DNA of 48,482 bases, taken from positions 1 through 48,482 of IMG/VR virus record IMGVR_UViG_3300020043_005195, one strand, 5' to 3'. The position numbers and the translations under genes are program-made. Shown here piece after piece: positions 1 to 12,000 of this stretch. Numbering within the stretch: the first letter of the stretch is position 1; every line of letters starts with the position of its first letter. The DNA is from a virus (Duplodnaviria; Caudoviricetes). The notes under the pieces are model-generated. The model saw nothing but the letters and a program-made list of their open reading frames with translations. It was not told the DNA's origin and searched no databases.

Positions 1-121
1 GGTGGCTTGTGTTAAGTAAGACGGATGTCGCGAACTTAGCATTAGGCTACCTAGCTTCAAGTCAAGCGTTGACAGATTTAGATGCAGACAATTCAGTAGC
101 TGCAAAAATCCTAAGACGATT
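1..121. repeat. 121-bp direct terminal overlap (copy at 48362-48482)
   Basis: Bases 1-121 are identical to 48362-48482. The repeat falls inside a gene, and the purine-rich RBS (AAGGGGG) of ORF 9..629 is found only at the right end, consistent with assembler circularisation. Confidence 0.95.
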
Positions 122-629
122 TGCCGATGTATCATTAAGAAAATTTCTCGAAAGTCACCAATGGAAAATCGCTACTAAGTATGCGGCTTTGACTTTAGTG
201 TCGGAGTCTCCTGACAGCGGCTGGAACTACGAGTATGGGGTTCCTTCTGACTATCTAGTACCTAGAAGAATAGCTGCGGAAAAAAGCTTCCAGAATCAAT
301 ACGAAGAATACGATCACGAGATGAATAGATTCGACGAGATCCTATCTAACAGCGGTATCCGTATCCACTGCGATATGCCTGATTGCTGGCTAGAGTACAC
401 TCGTCTAATCCCTATTAATGCTACCTTCCCCGAGTATTTTGCCAGCGGATGGGCAGCTCAATGGGCTGAGGAAATTGCTCCACAGATCATCACGAGTAAT
501 TATGCCAAAGTAAAAAACACACTAATATCGGATCTTAAAACGATCAGAGAAGATGCTATTTCAAAAGACATCATTCGAAGCCCTCGCAAGAAAGATCCCG
601 AATCGCCATTCATTAAAGCGAGGTACTAA
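9..629 (+). CDS. Tail tubular protein A / adaptor (T7 gp11-like)
   Basis: 206 aa, GTG start; N-terminal 'DVANLALGYL', 'HQWKIATK', 'WNYEYGVPSD' pattern; follows capsid genes and precedes tail tube B. Confidence 0.8.
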   Translation: MLSKTDVANLALGYLASSQALTDLDADNSVAAKILRRFADVSLRKFLESHQWKIATKYAALTLVSESPDSGWNYEYGVPSDYLVPRRIAAEKSFQNQYEEYDHEMNRFDEILSNSGIRIHCDMPDCWLEYTRLIPINATFPEYFASGWAAQWAEEIAPQIITSNYAKVKNTLISDLKTIREDAISKDIIRSPRKKDPESPFIKARY

Positions 630-3409
630 TGGCCTCAGGAAAACAAGTATCATTCAGCTACGGAGAGATAAGCCCATCGAAGCAATTTGCCTCTAATGAA
701 GCTTCTTTCTCGCAAGGCTTGTCCAAGCTAAGGAACGCCTATGTTCGCGCTCAGGGAGGCGTTTCCAATCGTGTGGGCTTTAAATATTTAGTCACTCTAT
801 CAAGTGCTGTTACAGATCCCGGGCTTCTCTATCAAAATCAAAAGAGTAAGCTGCTTTCTGTAAGAGTCGATGAGGGGGAGAATCGAAATAGAATTTTAGG
901 GTACTCCAGAATTCTTCGGTACGTAAACCCTACTTATGCAGAGGGATCCTCTCCTGCATCTGCAGGCTCTTTTATTATGTGGGACCGGAACGGGGGAGAC
1001 ACGACAGTATTTACTGCAGGTGGAACTGCGCAAGATTTACTAGACTTCCCCAGCGGAGAAAGATCAGTCGGAGGAAATCCTAGGAAGGCTCAGGCGACTC
1101 AGGTAGGAGATAACGTAATTTGCACCTTCGGAGACGTTCTCGCTTCAGTGAGAAACTATGTCTATACGATCGAGTGGAATGGGTCTGTTTACGGTAGGAA
1201 TCCGTTTAGGGTACGCTTTAGCCCTGCAGGTTTTACTTTAAGTGGAGCGGCACATACCTGCTCAGGAAATGCACCCACCAATTTAGCTGTAAGATATATT
1301 TTCATGGTGGAATTTGACGACGGGAAAGAGTTATACCTCGCCGACTTTGCAGGAGCAGGACATCCGCACGGAACAGCTAGTGGAAGGCTTACATACTCTA
1401 CTTTCACCTACCCCACCAATCTTAAATCCGTGAACGTATATCGATCCGCTGGAACGATAAACAGCGCATTTTCTCTAGTGGGAAAAGTCCCCATAAATGA
1501 TTCGACAATATCTACAATAGACTTCTACGACTATGTTATCGTCGGCGACATAACCAATGGGCCACCAATAAATGAAAGGCTGTGGGGCAAGCAATACGGA
1601 GCTTCTCCTGCCACAAATTTTAAAGGCAATTTTGCTTTAAGCTCAGCTCGAAGAGTAATGAGTTTTCAGCAAAGATTATTTGTAGCCTACGACCCTAATG
1701 AGAATACTGATATGCCTGAAGGAACCATAGGAGTTTCTAGGCTAGGGGTTCCTAACCAGCTTCACTCTCCAGATATACCTTCAGCGATAGATGCGTTTGA
1801 GTTCAAGATTCCAGTCCCTACTGGAGCTAAAATCCTGCACATGATTCCAATGGAGAGAGGGCTAATCTTCACAAGCTCTAACGTGATAATGCTTAAGGGC
1901 TCAGGGGAGCAAGGCTTTGTCACCGCCACTGAAGTAAATCCTTCGGTCATATTCTTCGAAGGTGCCTCCGAGTGGATAACTCCGGCAGTGTCTGGAAGCT
2001 TCTGTTTCTTTGTTACGCCTGATCACGGAAAGGTTATGGCCATACAGATGGAAGGCAACCAGTACAAGATAGTAAACATCTCGGCCATGAGTGACCACCT
2101 CCTAAAACAGGACATCGTAGAAATGCAGGTCACTAATGCCAAAGAGGTAACGTTGTGGCTCCTTCGACGGGATGGTAAAATTGTATCCGTAACCCTTGGA
2201 GAAGCTTTCGGATTCGCACTTCACGAGACGGACGGGCTTATAACTTCTATTGCGAAATTTGAGCGAAGAGTAGAGTTCAATACTGAAGTGGAGTACATAT
2301 CCTCAGGGTACACCTCGAACATATTTGACTACAACAAAGCAGACGAAGAATGTTTAGCGGTTCAAGTTCTCCGCGATATTAATGGGCAAAGAAATCTATA
2401 TTTAGAATCTCTTGTTCCACGAATAGATGAGGATCTTAAAGAGGAAGGTTTTACTTTTAGCGATTCGTTCGTGACTAGAGGAGTGCAGCTGTCGCTAAAT
2501 CAGAATGGGAAATATTGCGGCAGTGGATCTGAGGAGGGATGGGACCACGGGATATATTTTCTCCAGACTGAAAGACCTAGGGTTAATATTCAAGATGGGA
2601 CAGACTATGCAGATGGGGATCCAGTAAATCTTAGATGCGAAACTAACTATGAACTTCTCGGAATAGTTCCTCACGTCGACTTCTATTATGATGAGACAGT
2701 CGCCGATGAGCGTGATGGCGGCACCATAACCATTAAGCGAACAATTCGATTCACCCGCACAGGCGCAGGCGTGTGGGATGGGGTGAAGCTTTTAGTTCCG
2801 GGGTATTTTGAGCAGCAAGTTCCGGCAGAGCTGCAAGACTCAACTGCACTCGCAGCAAGTAATGTAGCTACTATCCAAACTAGATATTGCTTCCCGACTA
2901 AAGTCGTGACCGTGGCACATCTAGCAGGAAAGGAAGTTTCTGTGTTTGCTGACGGTAACGTGATCAGTTCTCCTAATAGCCCTGATGATGAAATGCCTAC
3001 ACTAACAGTCGACGGCAGCGGCAATTTAGATCTAGGTGCGTACTATGGATATGCCATTATAGGGCTACCATACACGACCACCATTGAGAGCTTAGACATA
3101 GAGACTTCAGACAACAGAACTCTCACCGATAGCAGCAAGCTAGTGACTGAGATCGGCGTGGCTTTTGAAAATACCCGAGGAGGATACTTTGCTACCTCCG
3201 GCGCAAAGTTGGACGATTCTAAGTTTCAAGCCTTCGAATATAGGGACAGTGAAGCATTTGACCACCCAGACAGAAATTATAATGGTTACGCTAAGATAGG
3301 CGTTCAAGGCTGCTATGATGCCAAAGGACGCACCGTAATTCGTCAATATGATCCTCTTCCTATTTCCGTACTTTCGATATATCCTAAAGGGGTATCATCG
3401 GGAGAATAG
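629..3409 (+). CDS. Tail tubular protein B / nozzle (T7 gp12-like)
   Basis: 926 aa; starts 'QVSFSYGEISP', has 'FQQRLF', 'IGLPYTTTIESL' and C-terminal 'RQYDPLPISVLSI'. Confidence 0.85.
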   Translation: MASGKQVSFSYGEISPSKQFASNEASFSQGLSKLRNAYVRAQGGVSNRVGFKYLVTLSSAVTDPGLLYQNQKSKLLSVRVDEGENRNRILGYSRILRYVNPTYAEGSSPASAGSFIMWDRNGGDTTVFTAGGTAQDLLDFPSGERSVGGNPRKAQATQVGDNVICTFGDVLASVRNYVYTIEWNGSVYGRNPFRVRFSPAGFTLSGAAHTCSGNAPTNLAVRYIFMVEFDDGKELYLADFAGAGHPHGTASGRLTYSTFTYPTNLKSVNVYRSAGTINSAFSLVGKVPINDSTISTIDFYDYVIVGDITNGPPINERLWGKQYGASPATNFKGNFALSSARRVMSFQQRLFVAYDPNENTDMPEGTIGVSRLGVPNQLHSPDIPSAIDAFEFKIPVPTGAKILHMIPMERGLIFTSSNVIMLKGSGEQGFVTATEVNPSVIFFEGASEWITPAVSGSFCFFVTPDHGKVMAIQMEGNQYKIVNISAMSDHLLKQDIVEMQVTNAKEVTLWLLRRDGKIVSVTLGEAFGFALHETDGLITSIAKFERRVEFNTEVEYISSGYTSNIFDYNKADEECLAVQVLRDINGQRNLYLESLVPRIDEDLKEEGFTFSDSFVTRGVQLSLNQNGKYCGSGSEEGWDHGIYFLQTERPRVNIQDGTDYADGDPVNLRCETNYELLGIVPHVDFYYDETVADERDGGTITIKRTIRFTRTGAGVWDGVKLLVPGYFEQQVPAELQDSTALAASNVATIQTRYCFPTKVVTVAHLAGKEVSVFADGNVISSPNSPDDEMPTLTVDGSGNLDLGAYYGYAIIGLPYTTTIESLDIETSDNRTLTDSSKLVTEIGVAFENTRGGYFATSGAKLDDSKFQAFEYRDSEAFDHPDRNYNGYAKIGVQGCYDAKGRTVIRQYDPLPISVLSIYPKGVSSGE

Positions 3410-3411
3410 CC

Positions 3412-4266
3412 ATGGCAATTTCGACTTCTCAAGGAGTTAGACCTTTACGTAGAGTAGCCTCTCGGCATGAGAGGTCAAAAGCCGTTGAGGATGACGGCGG
3501 TAAAGCCGTCGTAAAATCCTATCAATATGGCGGTAAATCTGTGGTGGACAGTGACATCATAGATATCTCTGGGAACGTTCCCACCACGAAACCCACATCT
3601 TTACAGATAGGTAAGGAAGGGATCTTTCAATACGAACCTATAGAGATAAATACTGTTAAGGACGCCACCACAGGCGCTGCAGCCGCAGTCTCTTCGAGTG
3701 CTGCACTTTCTACGCCTGCCACTAAGTCGAAGGCTGTGACAGGCACTGACGCTCAATGGGCCCAAGCCGAAGCTACTAGAGGTATTGAGGAGCAGATGAG
3801 GGAGAACTCTCAGCAAGCTACTAATGCTAGAATGTCGGCGGCAGGTGCAGGATTGTTCCTTGATATCATGAACGCAAATTCTAAGTATGAAGCTGTTAAA
3901 GGTGAAGCTGGACTCAATATTTATTTAGCTCAGCAAAGCGCCAATGATGCCATCGCAAGAGGAAAGACTCGCGCTAACATGAGAGTCTCTGAAGGGATGC
4001 AGCAAGGTGAGCAGGCTTTAGTTTATTTAGCTGCTCAAGGCTTGGATGTTAATTCTGTAGGGGCAGATAGAATCGCCGCTTCACAGGAGGCAATGGGACT
4101 CTATAATGGCATGATGGAAGAAATTAATTCTCATCGTGAAGCTATGGGATACGAGTTAGAAGAAGTTCAACTAAACTATATGGTACGCCAAGCGGAAGTT
4201 GAACGAGACACCGCTGTCCTAGGTGGAATTATTAACTTCGGCGCTAATGCGTTAGTCGCCTTCTAG
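3412..4266 (+). CDS. Internal virion (ejection) protein, small
   Basis: 284 aa, Ala/Gly-rich helical; 'ANDAIARG', 'AAQGLDVNS'; position after nozzle. Confidence 0.6.
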   Translation: MAISTSQGVRPLRRVASRHERSKAVEDDGGKAVVKSYQYGGKSVVDSDIIDISGNVPTTKPTSLQIGKEGIFQYEPIEINTVKDATTGAAAAVSSSAALSTPATKSKAVTGTDAQWAQAEATRGIEEQMRENSQQATNARMSAAGAGLFLDIMNANSKYEAVKGEAGLNIYLAQQSANDAIARGKTRANMRVSEGMQQGEQALVYLAAQGLDVNSVGADRIAASQEAMGLYNGMMEEINSHREAMGYELEEVQLNYMVRQAEVERDTAVLGGIINFGANALVAF

Positions 4267-4274
4267 GAGCTTTT

Positions 4275-6059
4275 ATGGCGATTACACTACCTGAAAATTC
4301 AAACAAAATAGACACCATCGCAGCAATGCCTTCCGCTAGACTCAAGGGCGTATACGCTCCACAGATCAGCGGCGAGTTCATTAATACTATAGCTAAAGAC
4401 GTAGTCGGAACTCTCGACAAAAGAAACACTGAACTTGAAGCAGAACTTAAAAAGCGTAAAGAGCAGTCACTTGAGTTCCAAGAGAAACGATACAAGAACG
4501 AGATAGCTAATCTCACAGTGGAAGCTAAAGCTAAAGTCGCCGAATCTAAAGGGACTGGAGCAGTGGAGATTGCAGCCCGTACTAGAAAAGAGCTTCAAGA
4601 GGAGATGGATAAAAGGCTAGGCAATGTACCGCCAGAGCTAAAAGAAAGATTCGCAAGCATAAATGATTCGGCGGCACTTGAATATAATAGCACGGCTATC
4701 CCGCATGAGTATCGCGAGATGGGTAAGATCAGAGATGAGACCTACGCTGTAGATACTAAAAACACCATGAACCGCGCTCTAGGCACAGCTATTAATGATG
4801 AGGCTTTTGCTTTGAGCTTAAGCGAAGTGGCTAAGTCTGCAAGGGATCACGCCAAGGTTAAGTATGGCGACGGGACTGAAGAAGCCGTGACTCTCGGAAA
4901 CTTCCACGTAAAGAATACTGTATCCGCTACTATCCTTGGAGCTATTGCAAGGAAGGCAGAGTTCGGCGACACTGAAGGCGCTGAGAATACTTCTAAAAAA
5001 TTCATGGAGCTTCTCACCCCTGAAGATCAAATGAAGGCTAATGATCTTCTTGAAAAGTCTAAAGTTGACTCAAAATATACCGATGCACTAAGAGAAGCCA
5101 GACAAGCCAAGACTATTTTTCCGGGGGATATAGAAGCTCAGAACCGATACCTGCAAGCTATCTTTAGCGATCGTGGCGACGCCTATGTGACTGCAGTGGA
5201 CATGGTTAAGACCATGGATTCCATTGAGGATAGAGCTAAGAAGAGAGAGCGAGATGCACAGCTTGAAGATACCTACAATGAGATAGCCGATCTCATCAAT
5301 AAGCATGGAGAAGTTCCTCCTGACATGATCGGAAGAATATTGCAGAACGCTCCGACTGGAACGCAGACGGAGATTAATAACTATATAAAGGCTAGAGCTA
5401 ACGTAGAGTCTGACCCTGATGTTTATAACTCACTGGTGGATCTACACTCGAAGGACCCAGACTCTTTCGTTAATACCTATAAGCTTCAGCGCGGTCAGTT
5501 AAGTAAAGAGGACTATAAGCAGCTAAGTAATATGGCCACTGCGCACACCAAGAAAGAAACTTCCGCAAAAGAAAAATTAAATTCCATGACCTATAAGTCA
5601 GTGAAGAAAGAAGTCGACATATTCATGGAGAACAGAGCTATCTCTGATCCTGCCGTGAGAAGAGAACTCTACAATAAAGTCAACAGTGAAGTCGAAGCTC
5701 TTAAAGATATTCCTGGGATTACTCCACTAGAAATTGAACAGCGAGTGATTCAGTCACTTAATGATTCTGAGATTGAGGAAGGAACCAAGGACGTAGAGGG
5801 TACAGGCTGGACAGTACCTATACTTGGATGGACATTTGGGGAAGACGAAGTTCCTGCGCTGGAAGGCACTGAAACTATCAAGGTCGACAAGACTCCTATT
5901 CCGGGAGAGGAACCTGACGTCCACCCGTCCATTATTCAGTGGCTACAAAAAGGCTCCATAGATAAATTCGGTCGGGCATTTAACGCCAACGAGTTAAGAC
6001 AGAGAGTCGAAGCACTTAGGAAAAAGATCGATGTTACTCAACCAATTAGCGTTAAATAA
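4275..6059 (+). CDS. Internal virion (ejection) protein, medium
   Basis: 594 aa charged helical protein between the small and giant ejection genes; 'SDPDVYNSL' motif. Confidence 0.55.
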   Translation: MAITLPENSNKIDTIAAMPSARLKGVYAPQISGEFINTIAKDVVGTLDKRNTELEAELKKRKEQSLEFQEKRYKNEIANLTVEAKAKVAESKGTGAVEIAARTRKELQEEMDKRLGNVPPELKERFASINDSAALEYNSTAIPHEYREMGKIRDETYAVDTKNTMNRALGTAINDEAFALSLSEVAKSARDHAKVKYGDGTEEAVTLGNFHVKNTVSATILGAIARKAEFGDTEGAENTSKKFMELLTPEDQMKANDLLEKSKVDSKYTDALREARQAKTIFPGDIEAQNRYLQAIFSDRGDAYVTAVDMVKTMDSIEDRAKKRERDAQLEDTYNEIADLINKHGEVPPDMIGRILQNAPTGTQTEINNYIKARANVESDPDVYNSLVDLHSKDPDSFVNTYKLQRGQLSKEDYKQLSNMATAHTKKETSAKEKLNSMTYKSVKKEVDIFMENRAISDPAVRRELYNKVNSEVEALKDIPGITPLEIEQRVIQSLNDSEIEEGTKDVEGTGWTVPILGWTFGEDEVPALEGTETIKVDKTPIPGEEPDVHPSIIQWLQKGSIDKFGRAFNANELRQRVEALRKKIDVTQPISVK

Positions 6060-6070
6060 GGATACGGACG

Positions 6071-9000
6071 ATGCTCGAATATAACGATGATATAGTTAAT
6101 GAGATTAAAAAATCAGAAGGCTTTGCCAGTAAGCCATATAAAGACACAACTAAAATGGCCATTGGCTACGGTCAAAACGATTTTGATCCCAAGATAAAAT
6201 CTGTGACTGAGAAGCAAGCAGACAAGATGCTCAGGTCTCACATGGATAAACTAAGTAAAGAGATTAATGCTGAACTTAAAGTCTCGGACTTTACTCCGGG
6301 ACAAGTGAAAACTATCTACGACTTCGCTTATAATATGGGCGTTCCTAAGATGAAAAAGCATGGGCTTTTTAAAAAGCTTAACGATGGAGACCTCGAAGGA
6401 TTCGGAAACGCTATTAAGAAATTCACTAAAGCCACGTACTACAAAACTGACAGATTCGGTCGAGAACTTAAAGATAGAAGAGGGAATCCTATCCCAGTAC
6501 TTAAAGAAGTTCCTGCACTCGTTAAACGCAGGGATGAGCGTTTAAAGTGGTGGAACGAAGGAACTCCAAAGACTCAATCCAACAACAGCCTAGACTTTGA
6601 TTTTAATTCTTTTGAAAATGAGTTTGAAAAAAGTTTACCCGAGCAAGAAAGAAATAGGCTTCAAGGTGCTTCGACTGCATTGCAGGCGGTAGCTCCGGAA
6701 CAGTTAAAGGGAGACGTAGCTCCGGAACTAGACTTTGATGCTTTTGAAAGTCAGTTCAACAGTGCAGATCCAAATACCCCAACTAGAAACATGAGAGGCC
6801 AAATATCTCAAGCCGCTAGAGGCGGGGATGAAACTCGTGTCTTAGCGGAAGAGGAAGCTTTCAGACTTCATAAGCAATACGGAGTACCCCTTGAAGAGGC
6901 TAAACAGAAACTAAGAGGGCAATCATTCGACGACATCATATCTGGAATTGATATTGATAATGTTACGCAGACTAATCCTAGAACTGCAGAGTTCATAACT
7001 AATCCCGATAACTATGTAATGTACCGCCAAGATCCTGAGACCATGAAAAAATTGGATGAGGGAGTATCTTACTTCAGTGAGTTTGGAACTGCCGCAATGA
7101 GAAGTTTTAGGGACTCGGTTCCTGAGACTGCTTACATCATGGCTGAAGTTAATGGCATGATGTCCAGAGAGGACATGATCCGTGAGCTTCAAACAATTCA
7201 GAAACGCAAGAACTCCGATGAGGCATTAAGCTATGATGCAGACATCGCTGAAGTTAATAGAGTAACTGAGTCCAGTAAAAAGAAACTGGCCAAGGGATTG
7301 CAGGGGATTGAAGATTTTTACGATCTAGAAAACAACCCATCTACAAATTTTAAACAGCTAGTTCAACAATATAAAGACGGTATTGAGTCAGGGATTATGA
7401 CTGCAGAGAGCGTCTACGACTTGATGAAAGCATACATTACCCACCCCGGAGCTTCAGGGATAATGCTAGGTAAAAGTGCTGCAGGCATGGCAATACCTAT
7501 TGCTGCCGGAGTCGTAGGAACTAAAGCTGGTATCTGGGCCGGTGCCCCTATGGGACCAAAAGGCTCCCTCGTATTAGGAACAGTCGGTGGGATCGGAAGT
7601 ACTTTTGTATCTTCTGCCGTGATGTCCTATTCAAGCTACATATCTCAAGAGATGGAAAAGTACCGTCAGAAAGATGGAACGATAGATTATAATGCATTTT
7701 TCAGTAAAGAAAATTATCCTGTAATTAAAGATGCAGCTTTTAGATATGCTGTAGCTCAAGGTGCGCTAAGCTCTATTCAAATTAAATTACTCGGACAATT
7801 CTTCGGCAGAACAGTCGGAGCAGAGACAGCTAAGGCAGTAGCCAAGGAAGCGGTAAAGACTCCAGTCAAAAGCATATTAGTCTCTTCACTAGGTAAAGTT
7901 AAAACTGCCGCCACTGGAGTAGCTAAAGAAGCCGTCTCGCAAGGTGCCAGTGAGTTTGCTGAGGAAGCTATCCCTTCTTATATCGCACGTAGAGCCCGTA
8001 CAGATCTAGGGGAGCTTACCGTAGAAGACTATGCTGACAACTTTATTAACTCAGTCTCAGAAGGATACCTAGGCGCTAAAGCCGGTTCTGTCATCGGACC
8101 TGTAGCCGCAGCTTTTAAATACCCAGAGAGATTCAAGCAAAAGAAAAAAGAGGAGAAAGCGAAAGCTGCTTCTGAGAGAGTTAAAGAGCGAACCGACAAG
8201 AAAGCCGCAGATACCCAGTCAACTATTAAGACCGAATCAGAACTTCGAAGTAAAGTGGCATCGGTTGTCAATACAGTCGAAGAAGCTACGAACTCAATCC
8301 GCTCATTTGAGCAGTCTCAAGAAATTAGAGAGACCTTAAAAAACAGTAAGACTAAAAATAAATACCCTGAGAAAACTAGAGAATTTATCAACAGTATTCT
8401 TAATCCAAAGCCTGAGGTTAAACCTGCCGAAACTGTAGTTCCTGAGGATATCGGTAAAGTTGATGATGCCATTGCTGTAAAAGAGTTTGACGACGAGGTT
8501 GTAGGAAAAAATCCATACGTATCAATATCTGCAGAAGACCTCGCCGATATCTTATTAATGCAAGGTAAGAGCCCTGATAAAGTAGTTAAGCTCATGGGCA
8601 CTAATATTTATGCTGACTACGGTAAAGCTAAAGAGAATCGCGGCGACATAGAGATACCTATCGCAGATTGGTATATGGCCACGGAAGAACATCCCGAGCT
8701 AGAAGTCGCAGCACGATACAACGGGGCTAAGTTCAGCCCACTCGAAGCCGAGTCAGTTCTTAATCAATTTGGAGATAACCCTTTCACAATGTTCAGTGAA
8801 GGAGAGATGGACGGGGACGTACCGCCTCCAATTCCGGGCACTGGGACTCCTCCTAGTTCAGGAGAGGTTAGAATAGAGCCGCCATCAGAGAAGCCATCTA
8901 TACACGCCAGTGGCGACGTGAGCATCGCTACTGCAGATGCGGATCCTAAGACTCAGGATACTCAATTTATCGAAGACGGACCGACCCCCGGACCGTATGA

Positions 9001-12000
9001 CAAAGAAACTAATCTTAAGCCTGTATCTGTTTTCGGAAGATTCAAGAACGCAGGCGAGCGCGAAGTACATAAGAAGATCCATCAACAATTATCTCTAGCT
9101 CTAGCTGAGACAAACATGGACGACGCTGAGATTCGCATAGCCGCCGATATCCAATTCAATCGTGTTCGCTATAGGGCTCAAGTTTTAGGCAAAGATATTC
9201 GAGACATTAAGGACAGATTCACCTTCAAGAAGATGTCGGCGGATGAGGCTAAACTTAGACCTAACTCCGTAGCCTTCGCGGATCCACTACCTAATAACTC
9301 TTATTTCGATTTTAGAGTAGTCTTTAGAAGAGACTCAAAGATCAATACGGTCATGCACGAATTTGGCCATACGTGGCTCTACGAGATGTCAGAAGATTGG
9401 GAACTGATGCACTCTATCCCTGAAGAATCTCTAACTCCGGAGCAGAAAGATTACAAAGAGGCAATGGATACTCTTAACGGTATATTCCAAGAGAAGGGAT
9501 TTCTCCCTGCCAACGAGACTATAGCATCTATAAATAACGTAGAATGGTTCAGCCTGCCAGAGAGCCACCCAAAAAGAATTGAAGAGATTAAGAAACGTAA
9601 ATTAATACACGAGACTTTTGCTCAGTCTGCAGAGAAATTCTTCCTTGAGGGAGATTTTGAAAATACTAAGATGAAGAGAGTACTAGAGGTATTCAGAAAA
9701 TTCTTCACTCGAATGGCCGAGTTTGTTGGTAGGGCTTACGAAAGACAAGGAATATTCCCGCTACAGATTAGTCCTGAAGTTCAAAGAGTTTTCAAAGCTA
9801 TTCTTGATCTTAACCAAAAGCAGGAAGAGATCCTATACCCTATGCTGTCGGAGCCCACGTTCGACTCTAAGATCCTAGGGGCTAGAGCTGGCGCTCACAT
9901 GGAAGCAGTTAAAGCTGCCCATGACCACACTATCGGTAAGTTCTACAACGAAGCCTTCAGACAGAAGCTCTCGGAGCGCGAGAAAGAAATTAAGAAGATG
10001 CAAGCCTTCGCCGAGAAGACTGCCGCTGAAAGAGTGGATTCACTCCCTTCTATGCAGATGCTTCGAGATTTCTACAGTGCAGCTGAGGATTTTAGAAACG
10101 GCAATGCAGAGTCTAGTCCTACAATATCTCACGAGTCTTTTGTCCGCGATCTATTTGACGGCAACGAAGCTGCAGCGATGGAATATAAAAAGCAGATCAG
10201 TTCCCTCTTTGTTGCAGGTAAAAAGAAAGGCGGAGCTGACGCCCGCGAGATCATGGCTAACTACAATATAGGAAGTAAAAAAGCTATGGTTGACGCCATG
10301 GTTGAGGCTTCAGCACGTGATAGATTAATCGACGAGGAGGCTAACGCCATATACGAGAAGATGCTTCCTACCCTCAAAACTAATGAGGAGCTACATGATC
10401 TAGCAGTCGAAGCAGTTCAAAATAAGAGCAAAGAGAAATACCTAAGACTTGAGATGGAATTTTTAATGGACATGGCACGCCCACAGTTCAAGCAAATGAT
10501 GGGGACAGTAGCCGCGCCTGCGGGAGACATAGCCAAGAAGATATCTCCTGAGTTTATTGAGGGGGCGGCAGATAAGATAGTTCGAGATACCAGAGTGAAA
10601 GCTCTTAGACCTATGACCTTCATTAATCGCTCCGACAGATTCGGGCGAAGTGCCTCTAAGAAGTTTCAGGCTGGTGATTTTATCGGAGCTTTTGAAGATA
10701 AGCAGATGCAGGCAGTATATTTCGAAGCGTTCAAGAGATCTGAAAAGCAAAGAAAGATCTTAGCCAAGACACGTAAACAAGTGGAGCGATTAACTCGGAG
10801 AAGTTTAAAGACTCTAAGCAAGAGCTATGATGAAGACGTAGTAACGTATCTGCGTGGTGTGATTCAGATGATCCGCATGAATCAGGTTCAAGCGATCCCA
10901 CATCTTAATGCTGAGAACTTTCACAACTCATATATTATAGCTGACCACCAAGTTGAGAGTATTAACGCTACTCTTGACAGCTTTAAGTCTCTCATGATGG
11001 GCAAGTACGTGGGAGATCCTACAGTCGAAGCGTGGCTAGAACTCTCTAATTTCCAGAATCAAGTTATGTCTTTAGCTGATGGAACTCTGTCAGTTCAGCG
11101 TGACCTCAAGAAAGTTAAACTTCTGGAGAGCGTAACTGAAGGGGCCAAGCAGATTATTACGGGTCAATCTGATACCAGTGGAATAGGCAACGATAATACT
11201 GGAGCTGCTATGTTAGCAGATGCCTACGAGAAGATAGTTCAGCAAGCAGGGCTCAACAAGTACCTTCAAAGTGTTCTCTATATCCGATCGATCTTCGCAT
11301 CTATGTTTAAATCTGATGCAGACTTTGTGAAGTCGGAACTAGGGAAGCAGTACTATGAGACAGTCGACGCATCTTCGACTTTCGATAATGCTTTCAGTGA
11401 GGAGATGGCGTCGATAGAGAAGATGGTTCGTAAAGTTATTCGCCAAGATAAAGGGTTAGCTAAAGTCTACGGTCCTCTTCTTAGAGCAGCTCCGATAGAT
11501 AAATTTAAAAAGACTCCAATAGTGTCGGAGCATTTGGGTGTTACGTTCGAAGATAAGTCAGAGATCATAATGCTCATGCTGTACATGGGCTCTGAGTCTG
11601 GAAGGATCAAGGTTTTATCGGGAGGCTATAAAGGTCAGAAGCTTGGGCGATTAGATGTCATGGCCCAGATCGATAAGAACGGCGAAGCTAACATCGTAGA
11701 GGTTCAAGCCGCGATAGATGCTCTAATCGACGAGGGTGTGATTACTCAAGCCGACTTAGATTTTGTGCAGGCAATTTTCGATACCTTTGCCAAGTACCAT
11801 GAAGACGTTAAGAGCGCGATCAAATATACCGACGGGTATACTCCGGGGACTATCGAAGCTAAGTCTTTCGAAACTAAACTGGGAACTATTAAAGGCGGGT
11901 ACATCCCTCTAGCTTCTGACGGTAACTACCTTAGTGACCGAGAGAAACGGGATGATGTTTTAAATCTTGATGCAGATTCGAAGTACATCATGGATCTATA